Source: Abditibacteriaceae bacterium (GTDB lineage: Bacteria > Armatimonadota > Abditibacteriia > Abditibacteriales > Abditibacteriaceae). Taken from it: 26,412 nucleotides of DNA. The translations under genes and the position numbers were made by a program. The stretch covers positions 1 through 26,412 of the forward strand of contig JANPJS010000181.1 in NCBI GenBank assembly GCA_031425655.1. The letters are read 5' to 3'. Positions 11,969 to 20,266 of this stretch are shown piece after piece (the stretch's first letter is position 1; each line of letters begins with the position of its first letter). Under the pieces are notes generated by a model, which worked only from the letters and a program-made list of their open reading frames with translations, did not search any database and was not told where the DNA came from.

Positions 11969-12760
11969 ATGCAAGACCGAACTGAATTGAAGCCGCAAAA
12001 CTTCAGTGCGCGCCCCTTTGGAGCGCGCAGGGCGTTCACTCTGATTGAGCTACTTGTCGTCATAGCGATCATAGCGCTCCTCGCCGCCATCCTCTTTCCC
12101 GTGTTCGCGCGTGCAAGAGAAAACGCGCGTAAATCGTCCTGCCAGAACAACCTGAAGCAAATCGGCCTCGGCTGGCTTCAATACGCGCAGGACTATGACG
12201 AGCAGTTGAATATTTTCCGAGTGGGAGCCATTGGCACCTACACCTTCGAGTGGCCTACTTTGTTGCAACCCTATCTCAAGAGTTCGCAAATTTTGGTTTG
12301 CCCCAGCAACACCACGGGCCGTCATCTCAGCTACTCCTACAGTATGCACGTAGCCAATACGGTGCGATCCCTGTCGGATTTTCAGACCACTTCCATTGTG
12401 CCGACCTTTGCCGATGCGCGAGGCACCAACGCCCCTTTGGCTTCGACGCCTCCCATGCAATATCAGGCGTTGTTTTTCGTCTACCAGCAGGGCGCAAACC
12501 AAGCCTATGGTCGCCGAATTAACGCTGCACACAATCACGAAGACAGCACCGAAGGCCTGATCCATGCCGGTCGTCACCTGGATGGTGCGAACTACGCCTA
12601 CGCGGATGGTCATGTGAAGTGGCGCAAAGGCGAAGCGGCTTTGCCGGGAACAACTACATATAGTGGAGGCGCCACGCCACCGGCCGGCTCCCTTGTTCCG
12701 CCATGGACCGGGCACGATTTCAATGCGGATGGCAATGTTGGCGTAACGTTCTACCAATGA
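11969..12760 (+). CDS. Prepilin-type N-terminal cleavage/methylation protein with DUF1559 (SBP_bac_10) region and C-terminal H-X9-DG motif
   Basis: 263 aa from ATG 11969. [62 protein letters not shown] motif; [17 protein letters not shown]. Confidence 0.93.
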   Translation: MQDRTELKPQNFSARPFGARRAFTLIELLVVIAIIALLAAILFPVFARARENARKSSCQNNLKQIGLGWLQYAQDYDEQLNIFRVGAIGTYTFEWPTLLQPYLKSSQILVCPSNTTGRHLSYSYSMHVANTVRSLSDFQTTSIVPTFADARGTNAPLASTPPMQYQALFFVYQQGANQAYGRRINAAHNHEDSTEGLIHAGRHLDGANYAYADGHVKWRKGEAALPGTTTYSGGATPPAGSLVPPWTGHDFNADGNVGVTFYQ

Positions 12761-12774
12761 TGTCCGCCAAACCC

Positions 12775-12808
12775 AAAACGCCCCGGCAAACTTTGCCGGG
12801 GCGTTTTT
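12775..12808. terminator. Intrinsic, probably bidirectional terminator
   Basis: AAAACGCCCCGGCAAA-C-TTTGCCGGGGCGTTTTT: perfect 16-bp inverted repeat with A/T tracts on both sides, 14 nt after the prepilin stop and between convergent genes. Confidence 0.88.
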
Positions 12809-12830
12809 GTGTTTGCCCACGCTATATGAG
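12797..12830 (+). repeat. 34-bp perfect direct repeat, copy 1
   Basis: CGGGGCGTTTTTGTGTTTGCCCACGCTATATGAG, identical to 14590-14623; includes most of the right arm of the terminator. Confidence 0.95.
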
Positions 12831-12876
12831 CGGTTGATCATCATCAGGCTGCGACCTTTGTGCTGGATTTTGCGCC

Positions 12877-12978
12877 TCAGCAGTCCCCACCGCAATCAAG
12901 GTTTGGCGCGGTTTCGCCCGAAATATCCAGCAGCGGCAGGGCGAGGGCAAAGGCGAGAATAAGCAGTTTTACGGGCAT
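12877..12978 (-). pseudogene. Truncated gene start (signal-peptide remnant)
   Basis: ATG 4 nt after the sulfatase stop gives MPVKLLILAFALALPLLDISGETAPNLDCGGDC*: a signal-peptide-like start with no mature domain. Confidence 0.5.
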
Positions 12979-12982
12979 GAAG

Positions 12983-14374
12983 TCACTTCCCCGGCGGCGA
13001 CCACACGGCGGGTTTGGGGTGGGCGACGTGCAGCGGGGCTTCATCGCCGAAAACGCGCTGTTGCTTTTCGAGCAGCGCCATCATTTCGATGACTTTCGCA
13101 ACGTGCGACTGTTTTTTCGCCAGATCGTTGGTTTCTTCGGGATCGGTTTGCAAGTCGAAAAGCTGGGTGACGTTGACTTGCGGGTAGCGAATCAGTTTCC
13201 ATCGGTCAGCGTGGATGGCGCGTTGCACGTTTTTGTAGCCGAGCAAAATTTCGCCACGCGCCGACTTCGCCGGGTCGGCCAGCGCCGGGCCGAGGTCAAT
13301 GCCTTCGCTTTCTTTAGGCGCGGCCACACCGCAGAGTTTGCCGAGCGTGGGTAGCACATCGAAGAGGTAACACATCGCGTCACTGCGTTTGCCTGTCGCG
13401 ATGCCGGGGCCAGCGACGATGAGCGGCACGCGCATCGAATGTTCGTAGCAATTCTGCTTGCCAATCAGCCCGTGGCTGCCGCGTGCCACGCCCGAATCAG
13501 CGGCGTAGACCACGATCGTGTTGTTGGCGTGCGGCGACGCTTCGAGCGCGGCCAAAATGCGCCCGACTTGCGCGTCGAGATACGAAACATAGCGATAGTA
13601 TTCGGCGTTCATGGCGCGCACCTGCTTCGCCGGGCGCGGCCACGGCAGCAATTCTTCGTCGCGGATTGTCATTTCGCCGTTGTCGAACGGGTGCTGCGGC
13701 ATAAAGTTGGCGGGCAGCGGCAGCTTTTCGGGGTCGTAATGCACCGGGAACTCATCGGGCACGACGTGCGGGTCGTGCGGCGCGTCGAACGGGACGTAGC
13801 AGAAAAACGGCTTGTCTTTTTGCGCCTTGATGAACCCAATCGCCTCGTCGGCGAAAACTTCGCAGGCGTGTTTGGGCGCGATTTTGGCGGTTTCGAGCAC
13901 GCCGTTCTTCACATCGCCCAGCAGCGCCTTCGTCGGGTTGGTCATGCCACCGACGAAGACCTGCTTCGCCTCCGGAAAATTCGCTTGCAACGACGGCTTG
14001 CCGTTGTGCCATTTGCCGCTCATAAAGGTGGCGTAGCCGCTGCGCGCGAAGGCTTTGGGCCACGAATCGCCGCGCAGATTTTCGTCAATGCGCCACAGCG
14101 ATTGCCCGGAAAGCAGCATGGCGCGCGACGGCACGCAGGTCGCGCCATTGTTGCCGCCTTGCATGTAAGCGCGGTTGAATGACAGGCCGCGCGCTACCAA
14201 ACGATCCATGCTCGGCGTCTTGATGTGCGGATTGCCGAGCGCCGCGATGGTGTCGGCGCGCTGGTCGTCGGCGAAGAGAAACAACACGTTGGGTTTGGTC
14301 ATGGCGGTTTCAGCGGCGCGCAGCGGCGCGAGCGGCATCAGAAGCATGGCGAGAGCGGTGAATTTGCGCATCAT
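12983..14374 (-). CDS. Secreted S1 sulfatase (choline-sulfatase-like group)
   Basis: 463 aa from ATG 14374 (signal MMRKFTALAMLLMPLAPLRA). KPNVLFLFADDQR, TCVPSRAMLLSG, GKWHN, APHDP, GKQNCYEHSMRVP. Confidence 0.92.
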   Translation of the reverse strand: MMRKFTALAMLLMPLAPLRAAETAMTKPNVLFLFADDQRADTIAALGNPHIKTPSMDRLVARGLSFNRAYMQGGNNGATCVPSRAMLLSGQSLWRIDENLRGDSWPKAFARSGYATFMSGKWHNGKPSLQANFPEAKQVFVGGMTNPTKALLGDVKNGVLETAKIAPKHACEVFADEAIGFIKAQKDKPFFCYVPFDAPHDPHVVPDEFPVHYDPEKLPLPANFMPQHPFDNGEMTIRDEELLPWPRPAKQVRAMNAEYYRYVSYLDAQVGRILAALEASPHANNTIVVYAADSGVARGSHGLIGKQNCYEHSMRVPLIVAGPGIATGKRSDAMCYLFDVLPTLGKLCGVAAPKESEGIDLGPALADPAKSARGEILLGYKNVQRAIHADRWKLIRYPQVNVTQLFDLQTDPEETNDLAKKQSHVAKVIEMMALLEKQQRVFGDEAPLHVAHPKPAVWSPPGK

Positions 14375-14413
14375 GGTTTGTTTTTTGGCGAATTTGTGGT
14401 CGGCTCCAACGAG

Positions 14414-14590
14414 AGGTTCGCCGGGCCTCATCGGAAAAAATTGCGCGCCCATCTTCAGCACGCCACTTTGCTGCGTGTAGCAGGCGAAGCACGCCACTTC
14501 ATCACGCGGCACGTCCATCGAAGGCGGCCCGCCAGTGCGCTTGCCCTTGCCTTTGTTCCACCACTCGCCGGTGGCGAGCGAGTCGAGTTC
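14414..14590 (-). pseudogene. Internal fragment of another gene, resembling part of PVC-phylum metallophosphoesterase/PhoD-like proteins
   Basis: 59 codons with coding-like usage: ELDSLATGEWWNKGKGKRTGGPPSMDVPRDEVACFACYTQQSGVLKMGAQFFPMRPGEP. Begins exactly at the edge of direct repeat copy 2, which carries an in-frame TAG. The family resemblance is from memory. Confidence 0.55.
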
Positions 14591-14623
14591 GGGGCGTTTT
14601 TGTGTTTGCCCACGCTATATGAG
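14590..14623 (+). repeat. 34-bp perfect direct repeat, copy 2
   Basis: Identical to 12797-12830; lies 12 nt beyond the stop of the sulfatase at 14636 and lacks the left arm of the terminator hairpin. Confidence 0.95.
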
Positions 14624-14635
14624 TTGTGCCAACGA

Positions 14636-16039
14636 CTATCGAGCAGCGGTCGCGCGTGGCGCGTTGGCGTTGGCGGGCGCGGTGTAGCTCACGGTTTTCA
14701 TCAGTTGCTCCAGTTCGGCATTGAGCCTGGCTGTCAGCGCGGCGTCGCCTGCGAGGTTTTTGATTTCGTAGGGGTCGGCCACGAGGTCGAAAACCTCCGT
14801 GAATTCGGGCAAATTGGGATATTTGACCAGTTTGTGGGTGGCGGTGCGGATGGCCAAGCAGGTCGGCACGTCGCCCAGTTCTTTGTAGTATTCGGCGAAG
14901 AACGATTGGCGCCAGCCCGCCGGTTTGCGGCCTGCGGCGAGTTCTTTCCAACTGGCGCCTTGCATTTCCGGTGGCACCGGCACGCCCGCGAGGTCAAGAA
15001 ATGTCGGCGCGAGGTCTACGTTCAGCACCATGTCGTCCACGACGGTGCCTTTGCCGAAAAGCCGGGGATAGCGGACGAGCATCGGGACGCGCAGCGATTC
15101 TTCGTAGAGCGAACGCTTGTCGCCGGAGTTGTGTTCGCCAAGGTAAAAGCCGTTGTCGCTCGAATAGACGACGACCGTGTCCTGCGCGAGGCCCATCGCG
15201 TCGAGGGCGTCCAGAATCTTGCTGACGTTTTCATCCACGCCGTAAATGTGCCGCAAATAATCGAGGTGAACGGCGTTGTCGGCCAGGCCGGTCGGCTGTT
15301 TGCCGTTGGCGGCAGGCTTGTGAAAAATCGCGGGCACACCGCAGTTGGGCGTGGGGCGGCTGTTTTCGCCCGCATAAAGATTGTGCAGACGTTCGGGCAG
15401 GTTGCGTCCGCCGCGCGGGTTGTGCGGGCTTTTGAAACCTACGACCAGCGAAAACGGCTGCGCCTTGTTTTGCTTCATCCATTCGATGGCGAAGTCGGCG
15501 CTCACGTCGTCCACCCAGCCTGTGGTGGGCGTGGCCACGCCGTTGATTTCAAAAGGGCCGTTCTGATATTGACCTTGCCCGACGAAACTCGCCGAATAAT
15601 CGAAGCCGGGCCGCTGCCCGCGCTGATTGCCCATGTGCCATTTGCCAACGTAGGCGGTTTTGTAGCCCGCCGCGCGCAGCAGCGTGGCGTGCGTCACGCT
15701 TTCGGTGGGAAACGGCGTGCCGTTGTCGGTGACGCCGTTGACGTGGTTGTAACGCCCCGTAAGAAACGCGGCGCGGCTCGGCGAGCAAAGCGAAAGCGTC
15801 ACGAAGGCGTTGCGAAAACGCACGCCCTCGGCGGCGAGGCGATCCATGCCGGGTGATTTGAACCACGGGAAGCGTGCCCTCTCGCCTTGCTCGCGCTGCA
15901 CCGCGCCCATCGCGTCCCAGCGTTGGTCGTCGGTGTAGAGAAACACAAAATTCGGCTTGCGCTCGGCGGCATCGGCACGCCCGCCGATGAACACGGAGAG
16001 CGCCGCCAACAACAGATAGAAACGAGAGTTGGTTTTCAT
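14636..16039 (-). CDS. Secreted S1 sulfatase (N-acetylglucosamine-6-sulfatase-like)
   Basis: 467 aa. Signal peptide, KPNFVFLYTDDQRWD, LCSPSRAAFLTG, GKWHMG, SSDNGFYLGEH, DKRSLYEESLRVP. ATGA overlap with the upstream gene. Confidence 0.93.
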   Translation of the reverse strand: MKTNSRFYLLLAALSVFIGGRADAAERKPNFVFLYTDDQRWDAMGAVQREQGERARFPWFKSPGMDRLAAEGVRFRNAFVTLSLCSPSRAAFLTGRYNHVNGVTDNGTPFPTESVTHATLLRAAGYKTAYVGKWHMGNQRGQRPGFDYSASFVGQGQYQNGPFEINGVATPTTGWVDDVSADFAIEWMKQNKAQPFSLVVGFKSPHNPRGGRNLPERLHNLYAGENSRPTPNCGVPAIFHKPAANGKQPTGLADNAVHLDYLRHIYGVDENVSKILDALDAMGLAQDTVVVYSSDNGFYLGEHNSGDKRSLYEESLRVPMLVRYPRLFGKGTVVDDMVLNVDLAPTFLDLAGVPVPPEMQGASWKELAAGRKPAGWRQSFFAEYYKELGDVPTCLAIRTATHKLVKYPNLPEFTEVFDLVADPYEIKNLAGDAALTARLNAELEQLMKTVSYTAPANANAPRATAAR

Positions 16040-17240
16040 TGGGCCTTTGTGAATTGCTTGAGTTCCGCCATCGCTTCGGCGAGGCCCTTGCCGATGCCGC
16101 CTAAAATCTTGGCTGAGCCGAGGTAGTGGAATTCAAAGTTCGAGATGCCTTTTTCCAGCACCAGACGTTCGCGTTCGGTGAGGCCTTCGGCACGCAGCTT
16201 TTCGAGCGCGGCTTTTTCGTCGGCGGGCGATAGCTTGCCTTCGGTGGCGAGCTTTTTGGCTTTTTGGCGGAGTTCGTTGTCTTTGGTTTGGGCGGCGGTC
16301 AGTTCGGCGTCCCAGTATTTTTCGGTGAGCATTGCCGCGACGTTGCCTTTAAATTCCGGCAACTGCGCCGGAGCCACCATCGCATCGCGGAAGTTTTGGT
16401 GCGTGGCTTTATAGCGCTGCTGCGCGGGGCCATAAGCCGCCGTTGGCCCGCCCACGCCCAGCACGCCGATGACAAACGGCAGCTTGGGCGCGCTCAAATC
16501 CTTGCGCACGTCGCGGATGAAATGCGCCATCGCCGTCGCGTAGTCATCGTAGCCGCCGGGCTTGTCGCGCGTTGGATAAGTGCCACCGTCCACGAGGTCA
16601 TTCCAGCCCTGAAACCACGCGAAACCGGCCAGTTCGTAGCCTTGCGCGGCGTCGTAGCCGGGCACCACGCGCTTGATGTCGGCCAGCACCGATTTAACGT
16701 GCGCAACCATCAGCCGATAATAAACGCCGGTTTGCTTGGCTTTTTCGGCTTTGAGGGCCTCCAGGTCTTTACCTTGTTTTTGAAAGCCGGCGATCTGCGT
16801 CTCGTTGAACACATACGGCCCGGCGCCCGGCGGGCGAAAATCGGTGTTCAGGCTTTTGCCGCCCCACGAGGTTTTGATCAGCAAAATCGGCGCGTCGGTG
16901 AACTTCTGCATATACAGGCCGAAAGTGAACTCCGGCCCGATTTTTTCGGTGGAAGCGCCAAAACCAGCCGTCAGCTTTCCCGTTTGTTCGGTCGTGTCGT
17001 CTTTGGCGCAGCCGATGGACGAAATCCACACCCGCTCGCAGACTTTTGGTTTGCCGTCCGCGCTCAGCATTTCATCGAGCATCGGTTTGGTGGCCGGGTC
17101 CATGCCGATGTGTTCAAGGTGCTGATCTTGGCGTGGCCCTGCATATTCGACTGCCCGGCCAGCACGAACACTTGAAGCGGTTTCGCCGTGGCGATGGTTT
17201 GGCTGCACAAGAGCGCAGCGAGGGGGATGAGAAGTTTCAT
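16036..17240 (-). pseudogene. Sialate O-acetylesterase (SASA/DUF303, SGNH) gene with a 1-nt frameshift near 17117 (pseudogene or sequencing error)
   Basis: One frame gives MKLLIPLAALLCSQTIATAKPLQVFVLAGQSNMQGHAKIST; another continues EHIGMDPATKPML...GPEFTFG...WFQGWND...FHYLGSAK. The span is 1205 nt, one short of a multiple of 3. The paralog at 20267-21517 reads GHAKIETFDYIGDDPATAPL across this point. Confidence 0.85.
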
Positions 17241-17557
17241 GGTGACTTTCTTTGATGGAAATTTCGACGCGTAGTTCTGTCGAAGCATTCAACGCGATGC
17301 ACGCTGGGCGCAAGCCTTGTCGCCACCGGCAAGTTGTGGCCCTCGCGCGAAACGGCGCGTGGCGCACCGCCATCAACGATAACCTCAACGAGATTGTTGG
17401 CGGCGGCGGGGATGGTGCGGCCCAGCATCAGAATTCGGCCCGCCACTTCGTATTCGAGCCGCCCGCCAGCGCTGCCGCATTCCCAGACGTTGGACTTCAC
17501 CAGCGTCCAGCCCTCCGACGACAACGGCTTCAAATCGGCGCAGCAACTCGCTCGCAA
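17237..17557 (-). pseudogene. Probable remnant of a beta-rich domain of a lost gene
   Basis: Frame GWTLVKSNVWECGSAGGRLEYEVAGRILML...VEVIVDGGAPRAV...PVATRLAPSVHRVE looks protein-like and is co-oriented with its neighbours, but has no convincing start or signal peptide. Confidence 0.4.
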
Positions 17558-17563
17558 AACACA

Positions 17564-20080
17564 TTACGGGTCTTTAGCCTTGCCAGTTTGCCACCGAGAA
17601 TAGGCCTCGCGCAGAACCGTGGCGGCGGGTTTTTCCGAGCCGTCGGCACGCAGCAGGCCGAAGTGCGCTTCGTTGGGGTTGTTGATCGGATAATCGTAGA
17701 GGCACCACGGCATGGCCCCGGCGAGGCGCTCCCGTTGCACGCCTTCAAGCACCGTCGCATAAACCTGCGCCTGATCGGCCTCGGTGCCGGGCGCGTCCGT
17801 GAGTTTGGCCGCCAATTTCGGGTCGGCCCCGTGCTGCGGGTCGCGCGCGGTGCTCATGCCGAATTCGCCGATGAAAAGCGGTCGCTCGGTCTGATTGACG
17901 CGCTGGTTATTGATGGTCTTGAGCAAACGCTCCAAGCCGGTAGTCGCGTTTTTGCGATTAGTGCCGTATTCGTGATATTGCAGCACATCGGGCAGCCCGA
18001 CTTCTTTGAGGCGATCAGTTCGATAGGTAATGCCGATGGTGGTGAGATGGTTGGGGTCAATTTTCTTGATAAACGTGAGCGCCTCGCGCAGGTAGGCGCG
18101 CGTGCCGTCCGTCCATTTTTCGTCGCTTTCCGGCTCGTTCATCAAATCCCACATCAGCACGCGGCCATCGTTGCGATGAGCCTCCACCACCGCCGTCATG
18201 GCGCGCTTCCACCGTGCGGTGGCATCGGGCGCAGCCAACCATTGCGGACTGAATTCAAAGCAGAGAATCAGGCGAATGTCGTGACGCCACGCGGCGGCGA
18301 GCAGGCTTTCGATTTTGGCGAGATAGGCGGGCGTAGGAGTGCCGTCGCGTTGCGCCAGCCCGTCCTTCTCCATCGCCTCCGAAAACATGACGAAAGTGCG
18401 GACGCTATTGCAGCCGAGTTTCGCGGCGGCGGCCATGTCCTTTTCCCAAACCTCGTCGGGCGTCTTGGTCCACATCCCGCTCCACGGCGTTTCGCGCGGG
18501 AAATAGTTCACGCCGCGCACCGAAAGCGGCGCCAGCGCGGCGACGATTTCCGCAGCCTTGGCTTTGGGCGCGTCCGTTGCTTTGAGTGCGATGGCGAACT
18601 GCGCGGCTTTGCCGACTTCCAGCACAACCGGCCAAAACAGCCCTTGGTCGCCGACGATGGCGGCGCCTTTGGGGGCGCCAACGGGCAGAGCATATTTGCG
18701 AAAATCGCCCCAGATCATCACGCCGTAAGGCATCCGCGCGCGGGCGGCGATGTTCGGCTCGAAGGCGGCAATTTCCACGGCGATTTGCAGGTCGCGGCCC
18801 TGCGCGTTCGGGCTGATTTTCGCGGGCGGGATGTATTTCTCGGTGTCGTAGAAATACGAAAGCTCCGGCAGCGCGGTGTAGCCCTGACTGTTCGGCGGAA
18901 TCTCCAAATAGTTGCTGATGCGCAGCGGCGCGGCGCGGTTTTCCTCGAAGAGTAGCAGGCCGTTTTCGTCGTAATAAGTGAACAGCTTGCCGTGTTCGTT
19001 GAACTTTTTGGCGGTCGGGTGAAAATAGAATCGCTTGCCCGTCGCCTTGTCCCACTCGGTGGTGTAAAAGCCGTTAAACGACGCGCCCATGAACGCTTTG
19101 GTCAGGCGTTCGGTGGTCGCTTCCAGCTTGAAGCGCCCGATGGGCAGCGGCTTTTTGATGGCGTCCATCTGGCCGAGGCTATCGAAGACACCGTAGGTCG
19201 GCGGCGTGCGGTCGGGATAGGCGGCTTTGTAGCGACGCACCGCTTCGGCCTGGCCCACCACGGCGATGCCTTTTTTCTTGAGATAGGCGAACAGCTCGTC
19301 CAGCACCGACAAGGTTTTTTCGAGGCCGGGCGAAGGATATTCCTGCTGAATAATCAGCGGCACAAACTTGTTGTAGCGGGTTTGTTTTTGCAGTTCGTCC
19401 ACCAGCGCGAACCAGTATTCGCAGTGCCCCGGTGCGATGGCGCCCATGCTGAGCGCGTCGTCCGGGTCGAAGGTGAAGGTGGACTGAAAGCCGCAGCGAA
19501 AAATTAGATTCGGGTCGTTGGAAAGCCACGGCACCGAAACCACACCGCCCGGCGCGGTGTTGGGCGCTTTGTAGCAATCGGGCCGCAAATAGTAGAAGCC
19601 ATGCGGCGAGCCACGGTCGCAAATATGATCGGCGTCGGTCTGTTCGTAGCAGCGCCCCCACACCGATTCGATGCCGCTTTTTTCGTAAAGCCGCACCCAC
19701 GGCTCGCCGTATTTGGTGTTGCCGGTCGAAGTGATTTTCTGCCGCGGCACAGCGGCGCGCAGTTCGCTTAATTCGGCTTCGGCACCGCCAAAAGGCGTGC
19801 CTTCGGAAAACCACGCCACTTCGTCGCCGAACTTTTTGTGCCACTCTTGCAAATCGGCGCTCGCTTCGCGCGCCGTGAACGGCTTGATAATCCACGTTAT
19901 CGGAAAGCCGTAGCGGTGCGCCGTCTCGGCCAGCGCTTTCATGCCCTTCGCCGCGTGCTGCGGGCGAAAATCGCCTTTGGTGCAAATCGAAACCACCAGT
20001 TGTCCGTTGACGGACTGGCCGTTTTGCTGCGCCGCCAACGGTGCGGCAAGAAGTAACAACGCTGCGGTGAGTCGCTTCAT
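17564..20080 (-). CDS. Secreted two-module protein: about 500-aa N-terminal region of unknown function + C-terminal clan GH-A (GH5-like) glycoside hydrolase
   Basis: 838 aa from ATG 20080 (signal MKRLTAALLLLAAPLAA). C-terminal RGVNYFP, NSVRTF, WDLMNEPE (acid/base), QYHEY, FIGEFG (nucleophile), PWCLYDY, HFGLLRADGSEKPAA. Confidence 0.82.
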   Translation of the reverse strand: MKRLTAALLLLAAPLAAQQNGQSVNGQLVVSICTKGDFRPQHAAKGMKALAETAHRYGFPITWIIKPFTAREASADLQEWHKKFGDEVAWFSEGTPFGGAEAELSELRAAVPRQKITSTGNTKYGEPWVRLYEKSGIESVWGRCYEQTDADHICDRGSPHGFYYLRPDCYKAPNTAPGGVVSVPWLSNDPNLIFRCGFQSTFTFDPDDALSMGAIAPGHCEYWFALVDELQKQTRYNKFVPLIIQQEYPSPGLEKTLSVLDELFAYLKKKGIAVVGQAEAVRRYKAAYPDRTPPTYGVFDSLGQMDAIKKPLPIGRFKLEATTERLTKAFMGASFNGFYTTEWDKATGKRFYFHPTAKKFNEHGKLFTYYDENGLLLFEENRAAPLRISNYLEIPPNSQGYTALPELSYFYDTEKYIPPAKISPNAQGRDLQIAVEIAAFEPNIAARARMPYGVMIWGDFRKYALPVGAPKGAAIVGDQGLFWPVVLEVGKAAQFAIALKATDAPKAKAAEIVAALAPLSVRGVNYFPRETPWSGMWTKTPDEVWEKDMAAAAKLGCNSVRTFVMFSEAMEKDGLAQRDGTPTPAYLAKIESLLAAAWRHDIRLILCFEFSPQWLAAPDATARWKRAMTAVVEAHRNDGRVLMWDLMNEPESDEKWTDGTRAYLREALTFIKKIDPNHLTTIGITYRTDRLKEVGLPDVLQYHEYGTNRKNATTGLERLLKTINNQRVNQTERPLFIGEFGMSTARDPQHGADPKLAAKLTDAPGTEADQAQVYATVLEGVQRERLAGAMPWCLYDYPINNPNEAHFGLLRADGSEKPAATVLREAYSRWQTGKAKDP

Positions 20081-20266
20081 AAATTCGTTTTCGCTGCCGC
20101 CATTTCTGGCGTTTCCTGCCTTCAATTTTGGTAGAACACCCTCACGCTACGCACCAGCACGCTGTCGCCGGAGGAAGCCATCGGATCAATGCATCTGCTC
20201 ACCAGGCGACCCGTCGGATAGGTCTGCGCCAGAGCGACACGCTCACCCCATGCCGGGCGAGCGCCT

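Noticed and set aside
12050..12895. 281-aa minus-strand ORF opposite the prepilin gene
   Set aside because: Antisense to a strongly supported gene, runs through the terminator and has no motifs.
12797..14623. CRISPR array, IS element or integron attC sites suggested by the 34-bp repeat
   Set aside because: Only two copies 1.8 kb apart; no cas, transposase or integrase gene; no terminal inverted repeats or attC structure.
17105..17125. Programmed frameshift or phase variation at the esterase lesion
   Set aside because: No slippery heptamer, homopolymer or simple-sequence tract at the site.
17241..17388. Start at 17388 for a 450-aa esterase
   Set aside because: The N-terminal part is out-of-frame text; the real signal peptide and GQSNM motif are in another frame starting at 17240.
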